Below are positions 30,067-41,301 of a stretch of DNA of 64,000 nt, in pieces. Origin of the DNA: Escherichia phage vB_Eco_Solly; sequence record OY720021, one strand, 5' to 3'. The notes beneath the pieces were generated by a model that saw nothing but the letters and a program-made list of their open reading frames with translations, was not told the origin of the DNA and did not search any database. Within the stretch, counting starts at the first letter, position 1. Each line of letters starts with the position of its first letter. The translations under genes and the position numbers were made by a program.

Positions 30067-30527
30067 AGAGAGTCTCTTAATAGGTTTAACACATCAATAA
30101 ATTCAGCTTCGGTTAGTATTGTATCATCTTTTGTTAGACCACTAGCCATGCTGTGCTTCAAAACTTTTCCTTTCGAGGCTTGTAATGCATCACGAAAGCC
30201 CCTGTTTTGGATCGCTGCTTCAAAATATGCATTTGTGTATAATTCTTTCCATGCTTCGGAATATCTTGAAAACGGAACTCCAAGCCAGAAGAGGGTCCCA
30301 CGGTCCTGAGCTCTAGCATAAGACCTTCCAGCTTGTTGGGCGGCAAGCCCGGATAACCCAAATATACGACGTTGTTGTTCAACATTTTTCACCTTACATC
30401 CTTGGAGGAATCCTTCGAGACCTCCGAATTGAATACCATCCATGACGAAAGGCCATTGGGCGAAATTACTTAATGCGCATGATGGCCATCTAAAATTGCT
30501 TCTTATCTCTAACTCAGACATTTTCAA
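30063..30527 (-). CDS. NADAR / YbiA-like (DUF1768) domain protein
   Basis: 154 aa; motif LSNFAQWPF...DG...F resembling the E. coli YbiA N-terminal signature; judged by eye only. Confidence 0.6.
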   Translation of the reverse strand: MKMSELEIRSNFRWPSCALSNFAQWPFVMDGIQFGGLEGFLQGCKVKNVEQQRRIFGLSGLAAQQAGRSYARAQDRGTLFWLGVPFSRYSEAWKELYTNAYFEAAIQNRGFRDALQASKGKVLKHSMASGLTKDDTILTEAEFIDVLNLLRDSL

Positions 30528-30720
30528 TACTTATAATTTCAACATCAGCCCAATGACCATAGCAAGGAAGACGAAATTCAACTGGCCAGTTAGGATCCTT
30601 TTCTAATATAATAGACTGAACTTGTGGCTCTTCATGTTCATCGGTATACGGACCTTTATACGTTACTTTATATGTAACCTTAATGTACTGAATTCCAAAA
30701 ATCTTATTAATTATATTCAT
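30514..30720 (-). CDS. hypothetical protein
   Basis: 68-aa ORF in the tightly packed early array. Confidence 0.5.
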   Translation of the reverse strand: MNIINKIFGIQYIKVTYKVTYKGPYTDEHEEPQVQSIILEKDPNWPVEFRLPCYGHWADVEIISIENV

Positions 30721-30914
30721 ATTAATTCCTTTAATCCGTAAATAGGAGATAATTCATCACCCATACGAAGGTCTTCATTTCCATCTACCCAGGAAACAAT
30801 ATAAGCCTCTTTTATTTGAATACCACTCCATTTAAATGGAGGTAGAACCTTAGAAATTAATCCAGGTATACCAACCCCCTTTAATTCAACAGTTTGACCT
30901 AAAAAGAATTTCAT
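30717..30914 (-). CDS. hypothetical protein
   Basis: 65-aa ORF, ATGA-coupled. Confidence 0.5.
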   Translation of the reverse strand: MKFFLGQTVELKGVGIPGLISKVLPPFKWSGIQIKEAYIVSWVDGNEDLRMGDELSPIYGLKELI

Positions 30915-31201
30915 TAGAACCTCATCTGAAAACCATGCGATTTAACATTACCGCCGCCGATATCAGAAATGTTAATTTCGCGCGCGATTGAAGGGTCAAT
31001 GTCAATTTCACGGTTGAGTTTAGTGATAGCTAGAGTATCACGCCCATTTACAGTACGGAACTCTAAAGGACATACTACATTAACATAGTTTTTAATCGAT
31101 TCACTGGTAGGCTGCAAATGAGCAGGAAGGTCTTTAGGCGCCTTAGAGAAAACTACTTCGCAGAAGTTTTTACGAGTATCAAAATAAGTAGTCATAAACA
31201 T
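30914..31201 (-). CDS. hypothetical protein
   Basis: 95-aa ORF. Confidence 0.55.
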   Translation of the reverse strand: MFMTTYFDTRKNFCEVVFSKAPKDLPAHLQPTSESIKNYVNVVCPLEFRTVNGRDTLAITKLNREIDIDPSIAREINISDIGGGNVKSHGFQMRF

Positions 31202-31242
31202 AGTATTTTCCTCAGTAAGGGGCCGAAGCCCCTTATTTTATT

Positions 31243-31608
31243 TTAAATATCAAATTCGTTAAGAACTACATCAAAGATTGCTTCAAGATGCTCAGGTTTA
31301 GCTCTGTTACTCAGAATATGACGAATCCAAGTTTTAACCAGAAGCTTACGATTAACGCCATTCCAGCAAGGATGAGTCCCTAAATCACGTTGACGGAAAT
31401 CATCATCCAAAGCGATTTTAAAAGAAGAACCTTCTTTCGTGATTGAAACCGTAATGCCATTTTCAAATCGCATATAAACGTAGTTAGGAGTCATATACTG
31501 TTCAATTTCGCATACTGATCCATTTTGATGTTTCCAAAGGCAAATAGTATCAATAGAACCTGCAATACCGTTAGAAACATATTTACGTTCAAAGTTGATG
31601 TAGTTCAT
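31243..31608 (-). CDS. hypothetical protein
   Basis: 121-aa ORF with early promoter at 31646-31674. Confidence 0.6.
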   Translation of the reverse strand: MNYINFERKYVSNGIAGSIDTICLWKHQNGSVCEIEQYMTPNYVYMRFENGITVSITKEGSSFKIALDDDFRQRDLGTHPCWNGVNRKLLVKTWIRHILSNRAKPEHLEAIFDVVLNEFDI

Positions 31609-31645
31609 TTTTATTCTCCGAGATGTTTAATTGTGGTACAGGTAT

Positions 31646-31674
31646 ATAATATCATGTCCTGTACCAAAGTAAAC
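31646..31674 (-). promoter_or_regulatory. early sigma70 promoter (GTTTAC ... TATTAT)
   Basis: minus-strand GTTTAC, 17-nt spacer, TATTAT in the intergenic region upstream of the 121-aa ORF. Confidence 0.5.
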
Positions 31675-31676
31675 AA

Positions 31677-32009
31677 TTATTTTACTACTTTCCAATGCTT
31701 CATGTCAAGTTTACCAACTTTTTTCATCTTCTCAATTAAGCGTTCGGCACGTTGGCGAGCTGTAACATAATGCCATTCGCCTAATTCATTTTGTTCAATT
31801 TTTCCAACGATTACTGTATTCAATTCATAAATCCAACCAGTAAAGAAATTATGAACTTGAATTGTAAAGGTGAAATCTGTTCCCATACCTTCTGTTGTTT
31901 CTACTTCAATAATATCACCTTCAACTGCCATTAAGAACCACATAGTTTCATCATATTTACCATTGAAGCATTTAGTTTTAACTGCAGCGTTCAGATTAAT
32001 CGTTTTCAT
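31677..32009 (-). CDS. hypothetical protein
   Basis: 110-aa ORF. Confidence 0.55.
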   Translation of the reverse strand: MKTINLNAAVKTKCFNGKYDETMWFLMAVEGDIIEVETTEGMGTDFTFTIQVHNFFTGWIYELNTVIVGKIEQNELGEWHYVTARQRAERLIEKMKKVGKLDMKHWKVVK

Positions 32010-32119
32010 TTTATTCTCCTTTGTTTGTGTAAGATAATACTATCACAAAGGAACTATACTGTAAACAACTTTATGCAATCTTTGGAAAATAAAAAAGGAC
32101 TCCCGAAGGAGTCCTCAAC

Positions 32120-32338
32120 TTATGCTTTCTGCTTACCAAAACGAGAAGCATCATCTCGAAGAACCGCACGTGCTCGACGCATGATCTTCTCAACAGTTTG
32201 ATTGATACGAGAGTTCGACACACGCTTGTAGCCAGCGCGTTTAGAATCACCAACTTTCTTTTCAACTGCTTTCTTTGCTTTAACTTGTTTTGCCATTATA
32301 AATTCTCTTTTAAATGAAAATGCAGGACTTATTGACAT
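32120..32338 (-). CDS. small basic protein (start may be the internal ATG giving MAKQVKAKK...)
   Basis: Lys/Arg-rich 58-72 aa ORF; hairpin-containing GC-rich region downstream. Confidence 0.5.
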   Translation of the reverse strand: MSISPAFSFKREFIMAKQVKAKKAVEKKVGDSKRAGYKRVSNSRINQTVEKIMRRARAVLRDDASRFGKQKA

Positions 32339-32585
32339 TGCCTGCGCAAGCCCTCAAGGGGAACATAGGTTTTTGGATATTTAACGACCAGGATAACCAT
32401 AAACCCGTCATCATACCACCAAGACTTACACAGATAACACTTTTCTGACGCATGATAGTAACATTCAAGAGGTACACCGTAAAACTGTCGGGGTCTTAAA
32501 ACTATAATGATTCGCAAATCATTAATCAGACAGTTCGACGGCTCCTCGTTTTAACTTCACACTAAGGCAGTGACTCTCCAATAAA

Positions 32586-32834
32586 TTATTTCAGTGTTAC
32601 CACAAAGTGACGAACTGCTTTTCGTGCAGCAGAAGCCAGAGGCTTAGCATACTTAAGTTCATCTTTTTCCTGAAGCTCAGCAGCTAATGCAGTTTGAGCA
32701 GGATTCAGATGTTTGAAATAACGCAGGATTTCAAGAGCTTCGGCTTCAACATCAATAGATGCGCCATAGTTTTCGTGACCATTATTCCATGCGTTTCGTT
32801 GCAGTTCAAGAGCGTGTTGTAATTGTTTAATCAT
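32586..32834 (-). CDS. rIII: RIII lysis inhibition accessory protein
   Basis: 82 aa; position next to gene 31 as in T4. Confidence 0.8.
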   Translation of the reverse strand: MIKQLQHALELQRNAWNNGHENYGASIDVEAEALEILRYFKHLNPAQTALAAELQEKDELKYAKPLASAARKAVRHFVVTLK

Positions 32835-32981
32835 TTAAAAATTCTCGTTAGAGATTAAAACTCGGTAGTCACGTTCTTCTGAATTTCATCTTCTTTCGAC
32901 AGATCTCTCAGTTGTAGACTACCACATAGAATTGTTCGGTTAACTTATTATTCCGACACCCAATTCATATTATTATTTATA

Positions 32982-33317
32982 TCACTTATAAAGACACGGA
33001 ATAGCTTTATAGTGACAGGTAACGAATTTTTGTTTAATTTCTTTTGGCTGCTTAAGACCCAGAGCTACAAAAGGATGCGGAACGTTTCGAATTTGACCAA
33101 CTGGAAGAGAAGTCAAATCACCAACTTCGCAGAAACCTTCAGGAACATCAGGACCAACAGAGTGAACTACACACAGTTCAGGAACTTCACCTTGAACACG
33201 TTTACCGATAATAAGTCCTGATTCTGTAACTTCTTCATCACCGGCTTGTGCAGGTTCAGAAACTAAAATAACATATTCACCGACAGCACGAATTGGTAGC
33301 TGTTGTACTTCAGACAT
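32982..33317 (-). CDS. 31: gp31 co-chaperonin (GroES-like) for capsid folding
   Basis: 111 aa; T4 gp31 length and neighbourhood. Confidence 0.93.
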
Positions 33318-33373
33318 CGTTTTTCCTTTTTGTTAACAGATGAGTTAATAATAACAAATAATTCTTAAAGCAT

Positions 33374-33682
33374 TTATTTACCAATAAATTGAAGCAAATG
33401 CTCAACTTTCATACCATTAACGGAAATCAATTTGTCAATAGAAAAGCCTCGCCATGCACCAAGCTCAACATCAAATACTGGAATCATATCAATAGATTCT
33501 TTCCGAGTAGATTCAGTCAATTTACCGGTTTGCATAGTTGGCATAAAGTCAGCATCACGAGTGCCTTTCATAGTACGAATAGTACCATCAGACTTTTCAA
33601 AAACCACGTTTGAAATACCCATGGACAATTTAGTTTTCAAAATTTCACGAATTGCTTGCTTCTGCTTAGTTGTCAGTTTCAT
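33374..33682 (-). CDS. hypothetical protein (T4 31.1 position)
   Basis: 102-aa ORF. Confidence 0.6.
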   Translation of the reverse strand: MKLTTKQKQAIREILKTKLSMGISNVVFEKSDGTIRTMKGTRDADFMPTMQTGKLTESTRKESIDMIPVFDVELGAWRGFSIDKLISVNGMKVEHLLQFIGK

Positions 33683-33919
33683 TTATTTACCTATTACAGT
33701 TTTAATATGGGTTGTTCCACGTTCTTTAAGAGTGGAAAGCAATTTTTGGCATTTTTCTAAATCAGATTTCCAACTATATGGTCTATCAATACAAACCCAT
33801 TCTGACTTATAATACTGCTTCCATTTAGAGAAAAAATATTTCTTATACTCTACAGCAAATGAAATGTTCTCATTAGAATAAGAACTAATTGCTGTGAGTT
33901 GTACCAAACGAAATTTCAT
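33683..33919 (-). CDS. hypothetical protein (T4 31.2 position)
   Basis: 78-aa ORF. Confidence 0.55.
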   Translation of the reverse strand: MKFRLVQLTAISSYSNENISFAVEYKKYFFSKWKQYYKSEWVCIDRPYSWKSDLEKCQKLLSTLKERGTTHIKTVIGK

Positions 33920-34500
33920 TATTCACCACAGAATTCGTTGATATTTTCCCAATTTAACTTATTCAAGTTTTTCTTAGGAACATTAAACACTTCAATACCT
34001 GCATTTCGCAGAATATCATCCCAGCCAGGTTTATTCTTATCGTATGTTTCGCAATAAACCAGCTTTTTAATTCCAGATTGAGCTATCGCTTTTGCACAAT
34101 CTGGGCAAGGAGAAAGTGTTACATACATAGTAGCACCTTCAATTGAAGAACCGTTTCGCGCAGCAAACAAAATTGCATTTAGCTCAGCATGAATTTCATT
34201 TTTAGACGACCATTCAGAGTGAGCGCCGCGATGTTCTTTCGCCAAAACAAAACGATCAGTTGAACCAAACGATACACATTCGGGCTTATGACCTTGAATG
34301 ATAGTATGTTTAGGTTTATTCAGCAACCAACCTTGCTCAGCAGCATAATCACAACAGTTCACACCGCCTGCGGGCGAACCATTATACCCAGTAGAAATAA
34401 TACGTCCATTCTTTTCAATTACTGCTCCTACCTTCCAGGAGCAACATTTGGATTCTTGTGATACTAAATATGCAATTTGAAGTACTGTACTCGCTTTCAT
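33919..34500 (-). CDS. cd: dCMP deaminase
   Basis: 193 aa; zinc-binding deaminase motifs HAELNAI and PCPDCAKAI. Confidence 0.95.
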   Translation of the reverse strand: MKASTVLQIAYLVSQESKCCSWKVGAVIEKNGRIISTGYNGSPAGGVNCCDYAAEQGWLLNKPKHTIIQGHKPECVSFGSTDRFVLAKEHRGAHSEWSSKNEIHAELNAILFAARNGSSIEGATMYVTLSPCPDCAKAIAQSGIKKLVYCETYDKNKPGWDDILRNAGIEVFNVPKKNLNKLNWENINEFCGE

Positions 34501-34835
34501 TTCATAATCACCAGATAAGCAGATTTAGCAGTTTCAACACGATAAATTTCATGACGAAGTTTAGTTATACTTTTAATAACAGAACTAATTATATTCTGCC
34601 CATCTTTAAAGCGGTTTTTCTTATCAATGAAAATTGCACCAGCCATCTTTTTGTGAAGCTCAACTGGATACTTCGTCACAATAATAGCATCATACACAGA
34701 AGGATGAATACTATTCACTAGAGTATCGTTCATTAAAGTTATTCTAATGAACTGTGCTGTTTCAGAATCAAGCGCTCTATGATCGCCAGTATCATTTTCA
34801 AGACAATTATCAATTATATCAGTTAAATTCATCAT
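34497..34835 (-). CDS. hypothetical protein (cd.1 position)
   Basis: 112-aa ORF. Confidence 0.55.
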   Translation of the reverse strand: MMNLTDIIDNCLENDTGDHRALDSETAQFIRITLMNDTLVNSIHPSVYDAIIVTKYPVELHKKMAGAIFIDKKNRFKDGQNIISSVIKSITKLRHEIYRVETAKSAYLVIMK

Positions 34836-35068
34836 AGTACGCCATACACCCTTTGTGCTTCAACTAATCCATCAAAATCCAATTTGAGATGTGTTATTTG
34901 GTCACCATCGCCTGGATTCACAATTACTAATACTGAACGAGGAGTTTCGGTAATAACACGAACCGATGTTTCAGGAAATCGTTCAGAAACCTTATTTACC
35001 AATTCCTGAGCAAATAGTTTAACTTTTTCTTGGAATTCTTTAACAGTAATTGGTTTTTCACTTAGCAT
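34832..35068 (-). CDS. hypothetical protein (cd.2 position)
   Basis: 78-aa ORF. Confidence 0.55.
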   Translation of the reverse strand: MLSEKPITVKEFQEKVKLFAQELVNKVSERFPETSVRVITETPRSVLVIVNPGDGDQITHLKLDFDGLVEAQRVYGVL

Positions 35069-35130
35069 TTCAATTTCCTCATTTATTTTGGTAGAGCTAT
35101 AATATCACAACTCTACCGTAAAGTAAACTA

Positions 35131-35406
35131 TTAAATTGCTTTGAATTCTGATGTCTGCGATTCAAAACGAATATCGCCTTTAATGACTAGCTCAGCATCA
35201 AGACCGAATACGACAATGATATGCGCGGAACCTGGATACAGCGTAATGGCGATAGAATCAACCTGGTCTGGAAGCAAAGTGTTCAATACATGAGTCACTT
35301 GAGCATGAATTCGAAGCTCAGCTGCGTTATCAAGCTTTTCAAACATATTATTAGCGATAATTTGGCTAAACACTACTTCTACGATTTTAGAATAAGTCGG
35401 AAACAT
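35131..35406 (-). CDS. hypothetical protein (cd.3 position)
   Basis: 91-aa ORF. Confidence 0.55.
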   Translation of the reverse strand: MFPTYSKIVEVVFSQIIANNMFEKLDNAAELRIHAQVTHVLNTLLPDQVDSIAITLYPGSAHIIVVFGLDAELVIKGDIRFESQTSEFKAI

Positions 35407-35408
35407 AT

Positions 35409-35601
35409 TTACCTCACATAATTTTCTTCAAGCCAATCAATAACATCCAACGCATTATCAAAAGTTGAACCATCTACTTTTTCTTCTGTTTCATAATCAA
35501 GAACATCTAAGCCTACTCTTCCATCAACAATAGGCCATAAACAAAATAGATATTTCTTTTCTTTTTCAATCTTATCGCAAAGACGATAAATCTTTTCTAG
35601 G

Positions 35602-35609
<8 letters not shown>
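35409..35609 (-). CDS. hypothetical protein (cd.4 position)
   Basis: 66-aa ORF. Confidence 0.5.
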
Positions 35610-37024
<1,415 letters not shown>

Positions 37025-37258
37025 TTATTTTTTCTCAACCAATGATTGAATATAATCATGCAGGTCTTTAGATGCTTTACCCCACTTATTTTGATATTCA
37101 TTTTTGAGATTAGCGCGTGATTGAGCTAATAAAACATCATTAGTTGGAGGTAAAGATTCTAATCGCTGAATCTGGCGTCCATAAATCATTGCAGCCATCT
37201 CGGATTCATAAATCAATCCTTTAAGATGTTCAAATTGATGCCATGAAATCATTTGCAT
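37025..37258 (-). CDS. hypothetical protein (pseT.2 position)
   Basis: 77-aa ORF. Confidence 0.55.
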   Translation of the reverse strand: MQMISWHQFEHLKGLIYESEMAAMIYGRQIQRLESLPPTNDVLLAQSRANLKNEYQNKWGKASKDLHDYIQSLVEKK

Positions 37259-37548
37259 TTATCCTCTTTTAACTCTTGACGATAATAACATATCATAGTT
37301 TTCTGGTCATGTACATATCGTTTTACATCATTAAGCCAAATACGAAATTCCTGGGAATCTTCAAATGGCATACCGACCCAAGCTTTACCATCAATAACTT
37401 TAACTTGCCAAGATAGTTTAGCTTCATCATATGACTTTATCTGCACAGGCCAATTAGGATGAACTGTTTCTTTCTTTACTTCTAGAGGCTTTGTCGAACA
37501 ACCAACTAGAAGACCAATAGATAATATTACTGCTGATAGTCTAATCAT
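37249..37548 (-). CDS. predicted lipoprotein (signal peptide with lipobox LVGC)
   Basis: 99 aa; N-terminus MIRLSAVILSIGLLVGCS fits a type II signal peptide with lipobox. Confidence 0.6.
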   Translation of the reverse strand: MIRLSAVILSIGLLVGCSTKPLEVKKETVHPNWPVQIKSYDEAKLSWQVKVIDGKAWVGMPFEDSQEFRIWLNDVKRYVHDQKTMICYYRQELKEDKCK

Positions 37549-37898
37549 TTAGAAAGGTCCTGGATGTCTTCTGCGAACTTGTTGAAGGAGTTATTGATTT
37601 GTTTTTCAACCAATCCTGGCTTATGAGCCACCACATCCGCCTTCTTTGCGTCTTTGCGCAGTTTTTCATTTTCACGCTCAATAGCAGCAATTGCCTCACG
37701 ATTTTTAGTATTCATCGCATCAATATAATTATACTGAATTCGCAAATTATTTAATGCTAAGGCGTTTTCATTGGCTGTTTTTGTAATTTCAGTAACTGAT
37801 GTTTCTAATCTTTCTACCTTATTTTTTAAAATAATAGATGTTCCGCCAAATGCTATTACAAGTAATAGCAATCCAGCTGTTGTATTACTTAATTGCAT
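37545..37898 (-). CDS. membrane-anchored coiled-coil protein
   Basis: 117 aa; N-terminal hydrophobic helix (GLLLLVIAFGGTSIIL) followed by charged coiled-coil-like segment. Confidence 0.55.
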   Translation of the reverse strand: MQLSNTTAGLLLLVIAFGGTSIILKNKVERLETSVTEITKTANENALALNNLRIQYNYIDAMNTKNREAIAAIERENEKLRKDAKKADVVAHKPGLVEKQINNSFNKFAEDIQDLSK

Positions 37899-38395
37899 AA
37901 AGTTTTAATAACCTCTATAATATCGTCTTGAGAAAGACCGTTAATTAAAATATGATGTTCAGCTGGAGATTTAGAAATTTTAAAGCATGCCTCAACATCT
38001 TCTGCCATATCCGATGCACTACGATTTGGATTACTAATTCCAAGACGATGTTTTCCCGTTAAAGGATTAACGATGATATAGCATTTGCAGCTATTGATAT
38101 GAACATTAGGTTGAGTCTGATTAATGAACACTTCACAATCATACTTAGCGAGTTGATTTTCTAAAAAGACTTTCATCTCTTCAACCGCATCAGGAAGCAT
38201 ATCACGGGCTTGCTCAAGACGACGATTTCGATATTCTTTAATGGTCGTTTTCCGCTTGACTTGCTTAGCTAAATCTTTCTTAAGATCGGTGATATATCCA
38301 ACTCGACGATTTCCTTTGAATACAGAAATCCCATCTGTAGTATCACCGTATGCTTCAACGACCATTTCAGTAGTAATAAGCTGCAAATCCATCAT
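37889..38395 (-). CDS. alc: Alc-like protein (host transcription shutoff on cytosine DNA), assigned by position and size
   Basis: 168 aa between pseT cluster and rnlA as in T4; early promoter module at 38424-38453. Confidence 0.7.
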   Translation of the reverse strand: MMDLQLITTEMVVEAYGDTTDGISVFKGNRRVGYITDLKKDLAKQVKRKTTIKEYRNRRLEQARDMLPDAVEEMKVFLENQLAKYDCEVFINQTQPNVHINSCKCYIIVNPLTGKHRLGISNPNRSASDMAEDVEACFKISKSPAEHHILINGLSQDDIIEVIKTLCN

Positions 38396-38423
38396 AAAGT
38401 CCTCATGTTATGTCAGTAAGACT

Positions 38424-38453
38424 ACTATAACACAACACGAGGGACTTGTAAAC
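38424..38453 (-). promoter_or_regulatory. early sigma70 promoter, second copy of the duplicated 53-bp module (upstream of alc)
   Basis: identical to 23057-23109 apart from one substitution. Confidence 0.6.
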
Positions 38454-38456
38454 AGC

Positions 38457-40044
<1,588 letters not shown>

Positions 40045-40071
40045 AATAAAATGGGCCTTACGGCCCACTCC

Positions 40072-41250
40072 TTAAAAGTATTTTTTAAAACTCATCATAA
40101 CTTTATCATCAACATCATTATCAATCTGTGCAACAAGATAAGATGACAGTTCTACTTCTTGTGGCGCGGATTGAACATTATCAGAATTAAGATATTCACG
40201 AATCCAAGGATATGGATGTTTAACCGGAGCATCGGTAATTGGGTATGGAAGACCACACTGTTTCATACGAGATACAGTTAAGTAATCAATAAAGCTCCAC
40301 ATGCTATTTGTATTTAATCCAGGAACATCGCCATCTTTAAATAAATGAACTGCCCAATCTTTTTCTTGGCGGTTAACTTCCATGAAAATATCAACTGCTT
40401 CTTGTTCACACTCTTGAGCAATTTTAACCCATTCATCGCCGTCAGTGCCAAGTTGAAGTTGACGAATAATATATTGGGTGCCTTTAAGATGAAGCTGCTC
40501 ATCACGTGCAATGAACTTCATAATCTTGGCATTACCTTCCATGATTTCCATGTTCTTATGGAAGTTAAAGGTACATGCGAAAGATACATAAAAACGAATA
40601 GCTTCCAATGCGTTGATTACATGCAAGCAGAGGTAAAGACATTTCATTAAAGCACGTTTAGCTTCGACTTCTTGTTTAATAGCTCGGTTTAAACGAAAGT
40701 CGGCATCGGGAGATTCTTTAGCTAGTTCTACAAATTCTTTAGCATTTTCCCATTCACGGGTTTTAGTCAGAACATCATCATAATAGCGTCCAATAGATTC
40801 GGCTCGTTTCATGATTGCTTCATCTAATACAATCTCATCAAATACCTTCGATGGATCAGTATAAAGATTTCGCATGATATGTGTATATGAACGACTGTGA
40901 ATAGTTTCACTAAAAGTCCATGTAGCAACCCATGTATCAAGACTTGGGTCTGAAATTAACGACATAAGTACAGCAGACGGTGCACGACCCTGAATGCTAT
41001 CTAGAAGTGATTGATACTTCAGGTTATTAGTAAAAATATCTTGCTGATATTGAGGAAGCTTGTTAAATTGCGCAGCATCCATCATTAAGTTTACTTCTTC
41101 AGGACGCCAGAAAAATGACAACTGCTTTTCGGTTAAATCTTCAAAAACTTTATGACGTTGAATATCATAACGCGCAATACCAAGACCTGAACCAAAAAAC
41201 ATAGGTTCTTTTAAAACATCAACTGGATTTGTATTAAAAACTGTGCTCAT
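40072..41250 (-). CDS. nrdB: ribonucleotide reductase small subunit, uninterrupted
   Basis: 392-aa continuous ORF; no group I intron. Confidence 0.95.
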   Translation of the reverse strand: MSTVFNTNPVDVLKEPMFFGSGLGIARYDIQRHKVFEDLTEKQLSFFWRPEEVNLMMDAAQFNKLPQYQQDIFTNNLKYQSLLDSIQGRAPSAVLMSLISDPSLDTWVATWTFSETIHSRSYTHIMRNLYTDPSKVFDEIVLDEAIMKRAESIGRYYDDVLTKTREWENAKEFVELAKESPDADFRLNRAIKQEVEAKRALMKCLYLCLHVINALEAIRFYVSFACTFNFHKNMEIMEGNAKIMKFIARDEQLHLKGTQYIIRQLQLGTDGDEWVKIAQECEQEAVDIFMEVNRQEKDWAVHLFKDGDVPGLNTNSMWSFIDYLTVSRMKQCGLPYPITDAPVKHPYPWIREYLNSDNVQSAPQEVELSSYLVAQIDNDVDDKVMMSFKKYF

Positions 41251-41301
41251 AAATTTTCCACTTAGTTAATAGATAGTGACTCGTCCATGAGTCAAATTAT
41301 A

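Noticed and set aside
32329-32517. 62-aa TTG-start ORF between rIII and the basic-protein ORF
   Set aside because: No ATG start, and it lies in a hairpin-rich GC-richer segment; not called as CDS, but the region is flagged as a finding.
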